From sequence record KP280063.1: a stretch of DNA of 32,000 nt. One strand, 5' to 3'. Under the pieces are notes generated by a model. It made no database searches, was not told the DNA's origin, and saw only the letters and a program-made list of their open reading frames with translations. The DNA comes from Vibrio phage phi 3. A program made the position numbers and the translations under genes. Below, piece by piece: positions 1 to 10,700 of this stretch; within the stretch, counting starts at the first letter, position 1; each line of letters opens with the position of its first letter.

Positions 1-1084
1 AAGGGTATGGGTTAGCTGTGGTAGGGTTGTATGTACCAGCCGATACGAATGTCTGCTGCGCGAAATGCTTAGCCTTTTCAGCCCAGTGGAAAGCAGAGTA
101 CCTACCAAGCTCTACTACCTCATCCTCAGGAGCAGTAGCGTACTTCTGTGCTAGGTTTTTAGCAGCAGTTGCTGCTGAGGCATTGGCTGCTGAGTTAGCT
201 TCACTAGTCGCAGCAGCATTTTTACTGTTGTTAGCGGCAGTTGCAGAGTTAGCTGCATTAGTTGCACTAGTTGCAGCAGCATTTTTACTGGTATTGGCCT
301 CTGATGCTGAATTAGCTGCCGCAGATTGAGATGCAGCAGCTGCTGTTGCACTATTAGATGCAGCTATTTGGCTAGCTGATGCTTGGCTAGCGCTAGTAGC
401 AGCTGCGTTTTTACTAGCCAGTGCATCGCTAGCCGAATTGGACGCGTTAGTTGCACTAGTTGCAGCCGCATTTTTACTAGTATTAGCAGCGCTTGCAGAA
501 CTAGCTGCGTTAGTTTCAGAGGTCTTGGAGTTTGTTTCTGAAGTTTTAGCTGCATTTTGACTTGCTAGAGCTGCTGAGGCGGAGGAAGCTGCCGCATTCT
601 TGCTATTGTTAGCCGCTGTAGCAGAGTTTGCAGAATTAGTAGCGGAGGCTGCCGCAGCTGCTTGAGATGCAGCAGCTGCTAGTTCAGAGGCACGAGCTGC
701 TACTTGGGAGGCTGCCGCTGCCAATTCAGATGACTTGGCATTGTCTGAGGCAGTTTCCGCCCTAACTACTAGCGCTAATAGGTCTGCGGCTGCCTGGTTT
801 AGCTGGTCTACCGTGTCATTGGCAAGCTCAACAGCATTATCTATAGATTGTAACGCTTCGTTGACTCTACCCTCTATAGCACCTAGTTGAGCCTGTAACT
901 CAACTAGAGATTCAAGGCCTACCACCTGTAGCCCTTCATCAACGGCCACATGTATCTCTGACCCTTGACCGTTGAGTAAACTATCAAGTATAGTAGCAGT
1001 AGAGTTCAGCCCCTCCACTTCAATAGACACAGGGCCGGTTTGCTGCCCGTCAAGGACAGGCTCTTTGATTATTAGATCTGCCAT
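1..1084 (-). CDS. L-shaped/long tail fibre protein N-terminal part (T5 pb1/ltf-like position), open at left window edge
   Basis: Not in the ORF track because its stop lies outside the window. The minus-strand frame from ATG at 1084 is open through base 1: MADLIIKEPVLDGQQTGPVSIEVEGLNSTATILDSLLNG... then a long Ala/Ser/Asn repeat (SKNAAATSATNAS...) and YSAFHWAEKAKHFAQQTFVSAGTYNPTTANPYP, typical of tail-fibre N-termini. Confidence 0.85.
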   Translation of the reverse strand, partial: MADLIIKEPVLDGQQTGPVSIEVEGLNSTATILDSLLNGQGSEIHVAVDEGLQVVGLESLVELQAQLGAIEGRVNEALQSIDNAVELANDTVDQLNQAAADLLALVVRAETASDNAKSSELAAAASQVAARASELAAAASQAAAAASATNSANSATAANNSKNAAASSASAALASQNAAKTSETNSKTSETNAASSASAANTSKNAAATSATNASNSASDALASKNAAATSASQASASQIAASNSATAAAASQSAAANSASEANTSKNAAATSATNAANSATAANNSKNAAATSEANSAANASAATAAKNLAQKYATAPEDEVVELGRYSAFHWAEKAKHFAQQTFVSAGTYNPTTANPYP

Positions 1085-1867
1085 TTAGTATAGATTCCCT
1101 ACAACTACCAATTGGTAGGAGTCTGCAGTTGTAACACTTACTGGTTTAGCTTTAAACTCCAGAGTATTACCCGTTATATAAATTTCTTGAGATGGCGTGC
1201 TAGCTAAGAAGGTGCCTACAGGTGTAGAACCCATCACTGGGTTGGATAGAGGCTTTCTGAATAGCTGTACTGACCCGCTGGCTGGAGTAACAAGTACGCC
1301 AGATTTAAAATACCTAATCCCTATGTAGTACTTAGCTACTGAGGAATCTACTGGCAAAATAACCTCAGAGCCTATAGGAGTTACGGGTGACTTGCTTATA
1401 GACTGGCTTGGGTTTACTTCAAGGTTGCTATCCTCAGATGCCGACCTAGTTAGGTACACTGTGCCATAGAATAGCTTTGTGGCCGTGCCAGTAGCTACAT
1501 CTACAGCTAGGAGGTCGTAAAATCCAATCTTACAAGCACGAGAGTTGGGAATCCCCGTAGGCTTTAGGTTTGCGACCTGAGCTAACCTAATTGTTTGTTC
1601 TCTAGATAAGCCCATGTAAGCTCGCCCACTAGCACCGTCAATAATATTGCAAGTTAGTTCTTGTACAAAGGAGGGGTTGTCGAAACTATCCCTAATTTGT
1701 GCCACTAGTCGCAGCCCCGTAATATCTAAAGGAACCTTCTGAGAGACTACTACAGGCTCCTTAGTAATAGGGTGAGTTCCTTGTGTTACTGCCACTGTCT
1801 TTTTAAAAGAGAAGGCTTTAGAGAAGGTTGCCCCTTCCTGTATGTTGATATTTAGTAGTCCACTCAT
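1085..1867 (-). CDS. tail/baseplate accessory protein, possibly collar or fibre-attachment protein (positional analogue of T5 p132/p133)
   Basis: 260-aa ORF between straight-fibre and long-fibre genes; BppU-like N-terminus (NINIQEGATFSKAFSFKK...DITGLRLVAQIRD). Confidence 0.55.
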   Translation of the reverse strand: MSGLLNINIQEGATFSKAFSFKKTVAVTQGTHPITKEPVVVSQKVPLDITGLRLVAQIRDSFDNPSFVQELTCNIIDGASGRAYMGLSREQTIRLAQVANLKPTGIPNSRACKIGFYDLLAVDVATGTATKLFYGTVYLTRSASEDSNLEVNPSQSISKSPVTPIGSEVILPVDSSVAKYYIGIRYFKSGVLVTPASGSVQLFRKPLSNPVMGSTPVGTFLASTPSQEIYITGNTLEFKAKPVSVTTADSYQLVVVGNLY

Positions 1868-1873
1868 TAAATG

Positions 1874-4114
1874 TTACCTTATAGTAATAGAGCCGTTTTG
1901 CAGGTCTATTTTCATTTTGTAGTTAGCTTCTGGGTTCCCTGAGGTTACAGCAGGGTTGTCGTAGATTACGTTAACGCCTATCTTATTCAGGAATGCAGTG
2001 TCGGCTGCTATAGCATCAGCCGTGATGGTTCCATCAACAATAGCATCTCCATGAACCACCAGCGCAGCTGTAACCCAAGCTGTTCCATTATACCTTCTTG
2101 TAAATGCTATTTTGGCATCCGCAGAGTTAAACAGAGTTATCGCATCGTTAAGCACTGGCCCAGAACCAAATGTAGCTGTAAAGAAAGAGTTAGCTTCTGT
2201 GTCAGACCAAGCAGACAGAGAGGCTACCGGCTTCGCGTAAATGCCTGCGCCTCTGACACCGTCTGTGCCCTGCACCTGGGTTGCGACCGACCACGCACTA
2301 CCACTAGCAACCGCATTTGTTAATGGGTCTATTAATGCTGTAGAAAACCACAATACACCAGTTCCTGTAGCTTGGTCAGGTGTTTTGAACCAAGTGCTTG
2401 GTGGGTAAGCTGTACCTGTAGGTGTTGTAGGTTGTGAAGTAGACCTCTTATATACAAATCCAGTAAATACTCCATCATCACCAGAGTACTTAGCTGGTGT
2501 TGACCAGCTGCTTCCAGATTTAACAGTGTTAGTCTTAGAGTCTATAAGAGCTGTACTAACCCATATCGGTAATCCTGGCGAAGTCGATGAAGGCGCTGTA
2601 GTCCAACCACTTGGTGGGTATGCAGTACCTGTCGGCTTAGTAGGAGCGCTTGCCCCCTGTCTATACACACTAGCTAGGTAATCACCTTTTATCCCTTCAC
2701 CAATAGAATATTCTCCACTAGGAGTTCCTATTACAACATCACCTGAGATTAATAACTTTGAACCATCCCATCTTATGTACTTAGTAGAATCACCTAGGTC
2801 AAATCTAAATGACGTAGGGGTTACGTACCCCATCCAAATACCTTGGTTAGCGTTGCCATACGAAGTTTTTAAACTTGACCTAATGTGTGGTGCATCAGTA
2901 CCCGTTAAGTTAGTAAGTACAAAATTAGCAGCGTTAATAGTATCGGCTATGACCCTACCATCTACGCTAATAGTGTTGCCTACTGGGTCTATTGATATAG
3001 GCGCTTTACCTTGAGCATCCAGCATACCAATGGACACAGCCCCGGTGGCCGCATCTATTCTGAAAGTCTGCTTCTTAACATTTGAGGCATCCTTGTAGTA
3101 GGCTAGGATGTGAGAATACGATACTTCTATATTAGTATCTACAGCACTCTCAGTATCCACAGGGGTTGAGGAGGTTAGTGTAAAGGTTGCCTGGTCTGAT
3201 ACGGTAAAGTTGGAGGCTGCTGGCCCCCAGGAGTAAGCAGTAACCCTAAACTTAAATGCCTTATTAAATGCAAAGCTAGAGATGGTTGCACTGGTAGCTG
3301 TACCAGAGTTTATAACAGCTGCTCTGCTCCAATCAGTTAGAGACGCATCCATAAACTGCAACACAAACTCTTTTGCATAAGAGCCACTACCTTGAGTAAA
3401 GCTCCAACTAACCTTTAAGTCATACCTCTCCACCCCGTCCTTTATTTTGAACACTTTGAACGTAGGGGTACCTGGCTTACTAGGCGGTGAGTAGGAGTAC
3501 TGCACTGATATGTTAGCACTAGGTGGGGTAGTAAAGGTATCAAATGTACCGTCTGGCATTGCCACGATACCAACCAACTTGAAAACATAGTTGCCAGGGC
3601 TCAAAGGTATTAGTAAGTCCTGTCCAGCCGCTGGGGGAGCCCCCGAATATACTACATCATCGTTTGCCAGCACTTTTATTGAGTCGCTATATCCGGCTAT
3701 CCTTATAGAAACCGCCGTACTGCCCACCCCAATGTCTGCTTGTTGGCTAACAACACTTATACTGGATAGGGAAGGGGTTTGTTTAGTAGTTACGCTTAAT
3801 GCTGGCGAGAAATTTAAACCAAATTCCGAAGTTAGTAATTCGGAATCATACATTTGGTCGTAGAAAGCACCTAACACCTGATACTGGGTGTTAGGTGTTA
3901 GTGAGCCTATACTAACAAAGTTTGTGCCTGCACTATTTTCAGTTAACTTAGAGTAAGCTCCGGTAGTGCCAGCCCTATACTTCCACACTTTACCTACTAA
4001 GTCTTTATCGCCAGTGCTAGTGTGGAAAACATGTATTCTTGTGTACCCTGCGATAGCAGAGTATAGCCCCATTACGTCTGGGGCTATATTTTTTATAGTC
4101 ATAATGTCGTCCAT
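1874..4114 (-). CDS. straight central tail fibre protein (T5 pb4-like)
   Basis: 746 aa, Fn3-like segments (PSKPGTPTFKVFKIKDG...), J/DUF1983-like C-terminus (VIADTINAANFVLTNLTG...); immediately follows the hub protein gene. Confidence 0.75.
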   Translation of the reverse strand: MDDIMTIKNIAPDVMGLYSAIAGYTRIHVFHTSTGDKDLVGKVWKYRAGTTGAYSKLTENSAGTNFVSIGSLTPNTQYQVLGAFYDQMYDSELLTSEFGLNFSPALSVTTKQTPSLSSISVVSQQADIGVGSTAVSIRIAGYSDSIKVLANDDVVYSGAPPAAGQDLLIPLSPGNYVFKLVGIVAMPDGTFDTFTTPPSANISVQYSYSPPSKPGTPTFKVFKIKDGVERYDLKVSWSFTQGSGSYAKEFVLQFMDASLTDWSRAAVINSGTATSATISSFAFNKAFKFRVTAYSWGPAASNFTVSDQATFTLTSSTPVDTESAVDTNIEVSYSHILAYYKDASNVKKQTFRIDAATGAVSIGMLDAQGKAPISIDPVGNTISVDGRVIADTINAANFVLTNLTGTDAPHIRSSLKTSYGNANQGIWMGYVTPTSFRFDLGDSTKYIRWDGSKLLISGDVVIGTPSGEYSIGEGIKGDYLASVYRQGASAPTKPTGTAYPPSGWTTAPSSTSPGLPIWVSTALIDSKTNTVKSGSSWSTPAKYSGDDGVFTGFVYKRSTSQPTTPTGTAYPPSTWFKTPDQATGTGVLWFSTALIDPLTNAVASGSAWSVATQVQGTDGVRGAGIYAKPVASLSAWSDTEANSFFTATFGSGPVLNDAITLFNSADAKIAFTRRYNGTAWVTAALVVHGDAIVDGTITADAIAADTAFLNKIGVNVIYDNPAVTSGNPEANYKMKIDLQNGSITIR

Positions 4115-6954
4115 CCAACAGACTCAGCACCGCCATCACCAATAGCTTTAATCCTGAAAGATAACTCTCTATAGAACCCTACAGCATTGGAGTTCGCGGC
4201 TTTGTAGTCGCTTTTGTTAAGCGCTAAAGTGTACGTATAGTTCTTGACTGTGCCTAACAGAGTTGCTGACCTAACTACAGTACCAGCAGGGGTAAGAACC
4301 TCTAGGATATAACGTATATTCGTTACTCCCCCAGAATCAATGTCATCCCAGGCAAGTTGTATACTACTACCAATAAACTGGTCTACAGCATCAAATGAGT
4401 TAACTAATCTGAGGTTAGGCACTAGAGGCAAATTAACACTTGGATTTATCTGCACAGTGATACTTGCAGGGGCACTCACCTGCCCAAGGCCGTTTACGGC
4501 CTTAACCTGGAAGGTGTATTCTCCACTAGCCAGACCCATAATTTGGTATGAGTACTGACTTGGGGGAGTTCCTGCAGGCACTGAGACAGTAAACACCTCT
4601 GTGGAGCCCGTCATTCTTATCGAGTAATACGTTACGTTATTGCTAAGTGAAGCATTCCATACTAACACACCTTGTAGACCTTCTGGAGACCCAGACGGTG
4701 CCACATCATACCTTAGGTTAGTAGGTGGTAGTACGTTTACAGGTAGTGTAGGGTTTTGACCGTCACTACCGTCCGATTGAGGAGAATTTAGAAACGCATC
4801 TGGAGAGTACTCCCTAGCCACTACAGCTATACTACCATCCCTGCTCCACTTTAGCTCTTCTATCAAGAACTGCTTCTTGTCCCAATTGTACCTAGGTACT
4901 GTAAGTGTTATAAACTTGTTAGGTACTAAGTCAGCAAAGTAGAATGGTAGACTGAAACTAGCCTCTTTTGTCAACCTAGATTTTCTAAGCAGTCTCTCAG
5001 CCCTAGTCCTAGCGGTATAGTAGTTAGTGATAAACGGAAACGCAAAGTTGCCTTTGTTCTCTATATTACTATCCTCTTCTAAGTATTGAGAGTTGAAGAA
5101 GGTTACTGTATTCGTGTTCCAACCCATAGCAGGGTCGCTCAAGGATGCTTGAATCGCATTATACTTGTTAGTGTTACTTATGTCTGTTAAACTAAAAGTC
5201 CCTGTTTTTATATCATCAATGTGTATGTCTGCTATAGGAGCAGACTGAGCTTCTACAGTGTAGACGTAGTTGCCATTAATGACATTGAGAGATGCGTCAG
5301 CTTGAGATAGTATTGCTTGCAAGTTTTTGAAAATGTCTTTGCTGGCGTCCAGGAAGGCACTACCCTGCACTATTTTTCTATTTGAATTTAGTGGAGCATC
5401 CCATCCTAAGTATCTCCAGTAAGGAACCCAACTAGACTGGTAGGAAGAGTCTATAGCATCCATTAAAACAGCAGCATCATAGAAGGATTTAACAGGAACA
5501 AACTCACCAGGTACTCCAGCCCCAAAGATAGGGTTAGTAAGGTAGTCTAATGTTTGCCAAGCAAAGTTTAGACTAGTTTTGTTATCAGACACTACTGCTC
5601 CGCTAGCATTGTAGGTCTTAACTTTTCTACCTAGTAACTCCGCCTCTATGCTTGGCAGATTCATCCTTTCAGCACCTAAATTCATTCTAACTACAACATA
5701 GGCGGTATCAAGTAGCTTAAAATTGGAGTCCCAGTATTCTGGGCCCTGCCCTGACGTCCTCTGAATTACGAAGCCTGGCCCAGCGGCCCTATTTACTAGT
5801 ACTGGACATGCTGTTTGATTGCTTTTACCATGGTATACCCAGAAGTCTATGATTCCAGCCCCATCATTGTAAGAGTACTGCTGGCCATGTATTGAAGGGG
5901 CTGTTCTGTCAGAAGAAGGTGCACCGTTGATAGGTGTTGCTACAGAGATCGTATCTCCTGCAAAACGTTTATTACCTATACAGACCCTAGATTGGGAGTC
6001 CTCTGGGGACACACAGATTATAGGCTTATCATCTATATAAAAATCTAGGAACCCTTCAATCTCTCCCTCACAGAACGCGTAAACTGCCCATACTTCATTA
6101 CTATCTTCGAAAGACGTATCAACAAATACAGGTATACCTCCAACGCGCTGTGCACCATACACTACAGGTAGGTATTTGGCAGTGAGGTTAATATCTAGGT
6201 CTAACTCCTTATTTACTGTTTCCCAGACCTCTACTGTTTCGTAATTCTTTCCACCCAGGAGACCTCCCAAACCTCCAGCCCTTTTAGACTGGAGCTTATA
6301 TCTCTTTTCCTGAGTTTGATACTGCGCTAGTACATTAACAGACTTATTAGCATGGAAGAAACCTTTGTCTGTCTTGTATTCTAGTTTCTTTGCTGAGTCA
6401 GAAGGAACCATTTGCCCGCTAACAGACACCAGCCCTCTATGAGAAGCGTCATCTGTGATTCTGCCGTTAACCCTTATCAAGCTACCAGCTAGAGAGGATG
6501 CTGTCCAAACTATGTCCGACTTACTAGTTGAGGTTAGAGACAGGCTATCTCGGATAGTCATAGAAGTCAATCTACCATTGAAGTAAATAATACCTCCGGT
6601 GGCGGTGACATACTCAACTTCATCGTTGTAGTTAAGAAATACTCTAGTAACTTTGACTATCTTACCTAAGTAGGCTGAGGACTGTAATGCCCTTGCTAAC
6701 TCAACTGAGTCAGCTCCCGTTACTGTAATACTTAACTCATAGTTGGTTAGTTCTTTAGTTTGCCTAATCTCACCTATGCTCTTTATTCTGCCAGAGGAGT
6801 AGGTAGCTCCGTTAAAACTAATATCTTTTCTATAATCCGTGTAGTATAGAAAAGAGTTACCATCTCCTGGCAGCTGTAGCTCAACTAAGTGAGCCATATT
6901 TATAGAGCTAGAGTTTTTTAAGAACTCTTTGCCAGAAGGTAATAACACTGTCAT
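4099..6954 (-). CDS. baseplate hub / tail tip protein (T5 pb3-like, lambda J-family)
   Basis: 951 aa, close to T5 pb3 size; hub-like N-terminal and TipJ-like regions followed by Fn3 domains; synteny with pb9 upstream and pb4 downstream. Confidence 0.8.
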   Translation of the reverse strand: MTVLLPSGKEFLKNSSSINMAHLVELQLPGDGNSFLYYTDYRKDISFNGATYSSGRIKSIGEIRQTKELTNYELSITVTGADSVELARALQSSAYLGKIVKVTRVFLNYNDEVEYVTATGGIIYFNGRLTSMTIRDSLSLTSTSKSDIVWTASSLAGSLIRVNGRITDDASHRGLVSVSGQMVPSDSAKKLEYKTDKGFFHANKSVNVLAQYQTQEKRYKLQSKRAGGLGGLLGGKNYETVEVWETVNKELDLDINLTAKYLPVVYGAQRVGGIPVFVDTSFEDSNEVWAVYAFCEGEIEGFLDFYIDDKPIICVSPEDSQSRVCIGNKRFAGDTISVATPINGAPSSDRTAPSIHGQQYSYNDGAGIIDFWVYHGKSNQTACPVLVNRAAGPGFVIQRTSGQGPEYWDSNFKLLDTAYVVVRMNLGAERMNLPSIEAELLGRKVKTYNASGAVVSDNKTSLNFAWQTLDYLTNPIFGAGVPGEFVPVKSFYDAAVLMDAIDSSYQSSWVPYWRYLGWDAPLNSNRKIVQGSAFLDASKDIFKNLQAILSQADASLNVINGNYVYTVEAQSAPIADIHIDDIKTGTFSLTDISNTNKYNAIQASLSDPAMGWNTNTVTFFNSQYLEEDSNIENKGNFAFPFITNYYTARTRAERLLRKSRLTKEASFSLPFYFADLVPNKFITLTVPRYNWDKKQFLIEELKWSRDGSIAVVAREYSPDAFLNSPQSDGSDGQNPTLPVNVLPPTNLRYDVAPSGSPEGLQGVLVWNASLSNNVTYYSIRMTGSTEVFTVSVPAGTPPSQYSYQIMGLASGEYTFQVKAVNGLGQVSAPASITVQINPSVNLPLVPNLRLVNSFDAVDQFIGSSIQLAWDDIDSGGVTNIRYILEVLTPAGTVVRSATLLGTVKNYTYTLALNKSDYKAANSNAVGFYRELSFRIKAIGDGGAESVGWTTL

Positions 6955-7571
6955 ACTGCCTCTCTAAGTGTGTAACTGACGTCTGTATACATACCATCTA
7001 CATTTAGGTTTTCCTGAATGGATGTTCTGCCTACTAGCTTCATGTTAAATAATAGATTATTGAATACTGGTTTTTCAGTACCATTAGTAGTTATCAGCAA
7101 GTTTGGGTATAACTCCAGCCTTAACTGACTAGGGCTTACTCTCTCAAAATCAACTATTTTGTAAACCTTCTCATGCGTAGATAATTTAAATAAGTCACCT
7201 ACATGGGGGTTCCCAGACAACCCGCTAGCATTATTTATGACTAGAGTATTACCTTTTTGACCAGCCGCTATAGTAGTCAAAGACTCGTTACCGATAACAT
7301 GCATGTTAAGGTATTGAGGAAGCGCTACTTGTATTACCCCATCTGTGTTCTTTGCTTTCATTATAGCAGAGGAGATAATCTTGTATTCGTCGGGGTATAG
7401 TGGTGGGTATGTAATCGTAAGACCCCAGTACTGGGTAGAGGTCTTCACCTCTAGTACCTTGCCGTTAGGTAATTCATCTTGTATTAATGGCTCATAGTCT
7501 GTAAGAGGAGCCGATAAAAATCCAGGAACCATACCGGGATGAGTGAAAGGGTCTGGAAGTCTAACTGCCAT
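6951..7571 (-). CDS. distal tail protein (T5 pb9-like)
   Basis: 206 aa; RLPDPFTHPG...DELPNGKVLEVKTSTQYWG...YPDEY...LPQY...IAAGQKGN...GDLFKLSTHEKVYKI...TEKPVFNNLLF closely resembles T5 pb9 as remembered. Confidence 0.9.
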   Translation of the reverse strand: MAVRLPDPFTHPGMVPGFLSAPLTDYEPLIQDELPNGKVLEVKTSTQYWGLTITYPPLYPDEYKIISSAIMKAKNTDGVIQVALPQYLNMHVIGNESLTTIAAGQKGNTLVINNASGLSGNPHVGDLFKLSTHEKVYKIVDFERVSPSQLRLELYPNLLITTNGTEKPVFNNLLFNMKLVGRTSIQENLNVDGMYTDVSYTLREAV

Positions 7572-7655
7572 GTATCCTCCTATTTATAAGGCTAAGCTGG
7601 AAACAAGCCGCTTAGCCCAGTCATTGGCCGTTGTCATATTCTATTTAATATATAA

Positions 7656-7684
7656 ATTATAGCAATATATTTGTGTAGATGCAA
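7656..7684 (-). promoter_or_regulatory. putative sigma70 promoter for the tail-tip genes
   Basis: Minus strand: TTGCAT (7684-7679), 17-nt spacer, TGC-TATAAT extended -10 (7661-7656); lies just downstream of an intrinsic terminator. Confidence 0.7.
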
Positions 7685-7701
7685 CGGAAGTTTTTGGGTA
7701 T

Positions 7702-7730
7702 AAAAAGGGGAACCCTTAGGTTCCCTTAAT
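7702..7730 (-). terminator. intrinsic terminator after the tape measure gene
   Basis: Minus strand: GGGAACC-TAAG-GGTTCCC followed by C and TTTTT. Confidence 0.75.
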
Positions 7731-7734
7731 TAAG

Positions 7735-10700
7735 TTAAGATAATCTATCTAGGCTTTGCCCTCGACGTTTTGCCTCGTGGTTTACTGCTTCGTAGATTTC
7801 AGTGGCTCGGTCAATCACTGACTGTGCATCCAGTGCCTGTATAACCATCTGACCTATCATAGCAGTTGAAGACCTAGCGGATGAACTGTTAGAGTCTTCA
7901 GCTCTTTCAATATTAATCGGACTTAGTGGTGTAATCCTTTCTGGCCCGTTTTCCCCAACTATTAAACTAGAGTAAGGAGTGCCGGTACCTCCAGCTGCCC
8001 TAGGAGAGAAGGAGTTTGCAGAACCAACGCCCCTTTCTCCTCGAATGAATGCTAGTTCACCCATTGAAGCATTCTTAGATACATCAATGTTATTCTCTCT
8101 ATTGCCTACTGTAAGGGAGGCTTGACTTAGGCCAGCTTCATTTAACCCTGCAAGTTGGTTTGCAGAGGCTGAAGAGGCTTGAGCGTACGCTAGGCCACCT
8201 GCTAGGGCAGCTGCCGCCATCAATGGTATAGCTGGTAATGGCCAAGGGTTAGCAGCGGCGCTCATAACAGCTACGGCTGTAGAGATAAGAATCTGCTGTT
8301 GGGCAGCTTTCTTCTGCTCTCTTATCTTCTTCTCTTCAAGTGATTTGATCCTTGCCAGAGATTCCTTAGATTTACCATCCCTCTTCTGCTCAGCCGCTAT
8401 TTGAGCCTCAATAGAGGACACAGTTTGAGCACTAGTATAAGCTAACATACCTTGGAAAGCTTGTAGGCCTACCCCCGTCATCTGCATAGCTGTCATACTT
8501 GTTTCACCAACTTGGTTAAATGATAGAGACAACTTGTTCAGGGAGTTGGTAAGTTGGTCTATTCCAGTACCATAAGAGAATAGGTTACTTAGAGAGGACT
8601 CCATAATGCCCATATACTCTTGTAACCTAGCAGCATTAATATCATTTTGAATCTGCCTGATTCTGATAGCGGACTGCTCCTGGGCTTCTTGGCTACCCTC
8701 GATACCTTTTAGAAGCTCTAACCTCTGCTTCTCAATCGCTAGCAAGTCCTTAGTAAGTAGTAGGCCTGGCCCACTAGCCCTCAGAATTTCCTGCTCGGTG
8801 ATTGTTCTTTGAGTAGCTGCGTCAACACGCTTAATATCAATATCAAGCATTTTAACTCTTAGGTCAGCAGCTTTACCGTATAGGGCTGCTAACTTAGACT
8901 CCTCAACTCCAATATCCTTAGAGGCCTGTAGCAGCATCTCTGTAGCAGCCAGCTCCTTACCGGTGGATACTCTTTCGATGTCTAAAGCGTCGCTACCAGT
9001 AAGACGCATTAACTCTTCGGTAACAGGGTTACTACCCGCTAACGCTTCACCGAACTCTTTGGCTTCTTTATACGCTTTAGCTAAATCCCTAGCATTGTAT
9101 AGAGCAGCTTCTGAGCTGAATTGAAGACTTGTCAGTGCTTTTGACAAATCGGCAAGTGGGTCTGAGTTTTTAATAGCCTCATACGCTTTGACTATGTTGT
9201 CTATGTTCGTATACAATACAACATACGACTCAGACTGTCCTTTTATAGAAGTTAGTCCCTTGTCGTACTCATCTACTGTACCTCGAACAACCGAAGTAAG
9301 GTTAGCGTAAGCATTAGAAGCTTTCTCTATATTAGGTGCACCTAGATCAGTAGATGCCATCGCCTCTACAATAGCTTTAATAGACCTATCGAGAGCGCTA
9401 AGTTGGTCATTATATCTGTTTTTATCCCCTAGAATATTCCAAGACTTGTCCGGGCCGGTCTCAATTAGCTTATCTCTTTCTTTAGTAAGGCGTTCTAACT
9501 CCTTACTCATTTCTAGGATGACGCCTAATTGACCTGACCTCTCTGTTGCCTGTGCTAAGGAGCCTAATAGTGCTTGGTTTTGTTCTAGTATCCTAGCTGC
9601 TTTATTATTCTTCTCATCTATAGTGTTAAAGAATTCCGCAATACCTGAAGTAGCCTCGGAAATGTTTTTCATCAAACGTTGCCATGCGCTAGCAGCATTT
9701 GCCCCAAACTTCTCCCAAGGAGCTCCATCCCTAAGTGTTGCGTCTAAAGCCCCGAACCTCTCTACCGACTGCCTATTAATCTCGTTAACTAGAGCAGCTC
9801 GCTGTTGGTAATCGTTCAAACTGTCTGCGGATACACCAATTGACCTAGCATATTTTTCATACGCTGTTTGTAGCTTGGTGGTAATACCTAATTCGTCTAG
9901 TAGTTCTATCTCTAGCTTAGAGGTACCACGAACAACCCTGTTCATCGCATCCTGCATGTCAATACCCAAGGCTATGGAAGCTCTACGTGCGGCCATTGTT
10001 AGTTGGTCTATTTGCTCAGAGTTAAAGCCATAAGACGCTGCAGCAGCAGCTTGCCTGATAGCATCCCCATAGCTAAGGGCATACCCAGTAAGCTCCTGCA
10101 TATTTCTAGCAATGAACTGTACAGGAGTACCTAGCTGGCCTCCAAGAATTGTACCTACCTTCTCTAACCTACTTAACTGCTCACCCTCTGTAAGTAAGCG
10201 GTAAGCTTCAGCCAAAGCGAAGGCGTTAGCTGCGATGTTAGCGTAGATTAGTGGTAATGGCCCAGCTACCCTAGCAATATCAGAGAACGTCCTGGCATTA
10301 TTCCGTCCTTGCCTGTTCTGGTTCGCCATAGCCCTAGCGGAGCGAGTAGCTCCGGCAGTGACCGATTCCATTTTATCGCCAGTTCTCTTAGCTTCTGTAC
10401 CTACGTCATACAGCCCGTCCTGAATCCTTTCCAGATCTACACCCAAGCTTTCAGCTAGGAAAGAGAAACCTTTAATCAGGTCATTATTAACTCTAGTTAG
10501 AGACTCGTTAAAGTCCACAGCCTCTATTGCTACAGTTTCTAAAAGCCCTTCTATATTGGATAGGCTAGAGGTAATGGAATCCGAGTTAAATCCGAAGTTT
10601 AGGTTGGATAATCTCCTAGAGGCTTCAGAGGCGGATACCGAAAGCTTATTAAGGTTCTTATCCATTAGCCTTATTTGAGTATTAAACTCAAAGGCGTCGT

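Noticed and set aside
2051-2323. Plus-strand ORF antisense to the pb4-like gene; likewise 2775..3014, 3591..3863, 4340..4558, 9623..9811, 13538..13726, 13942..14268, 15728..16087
   Set aside because: Short out-of-frame shadows of well-supported genes with no SD or domain signal.
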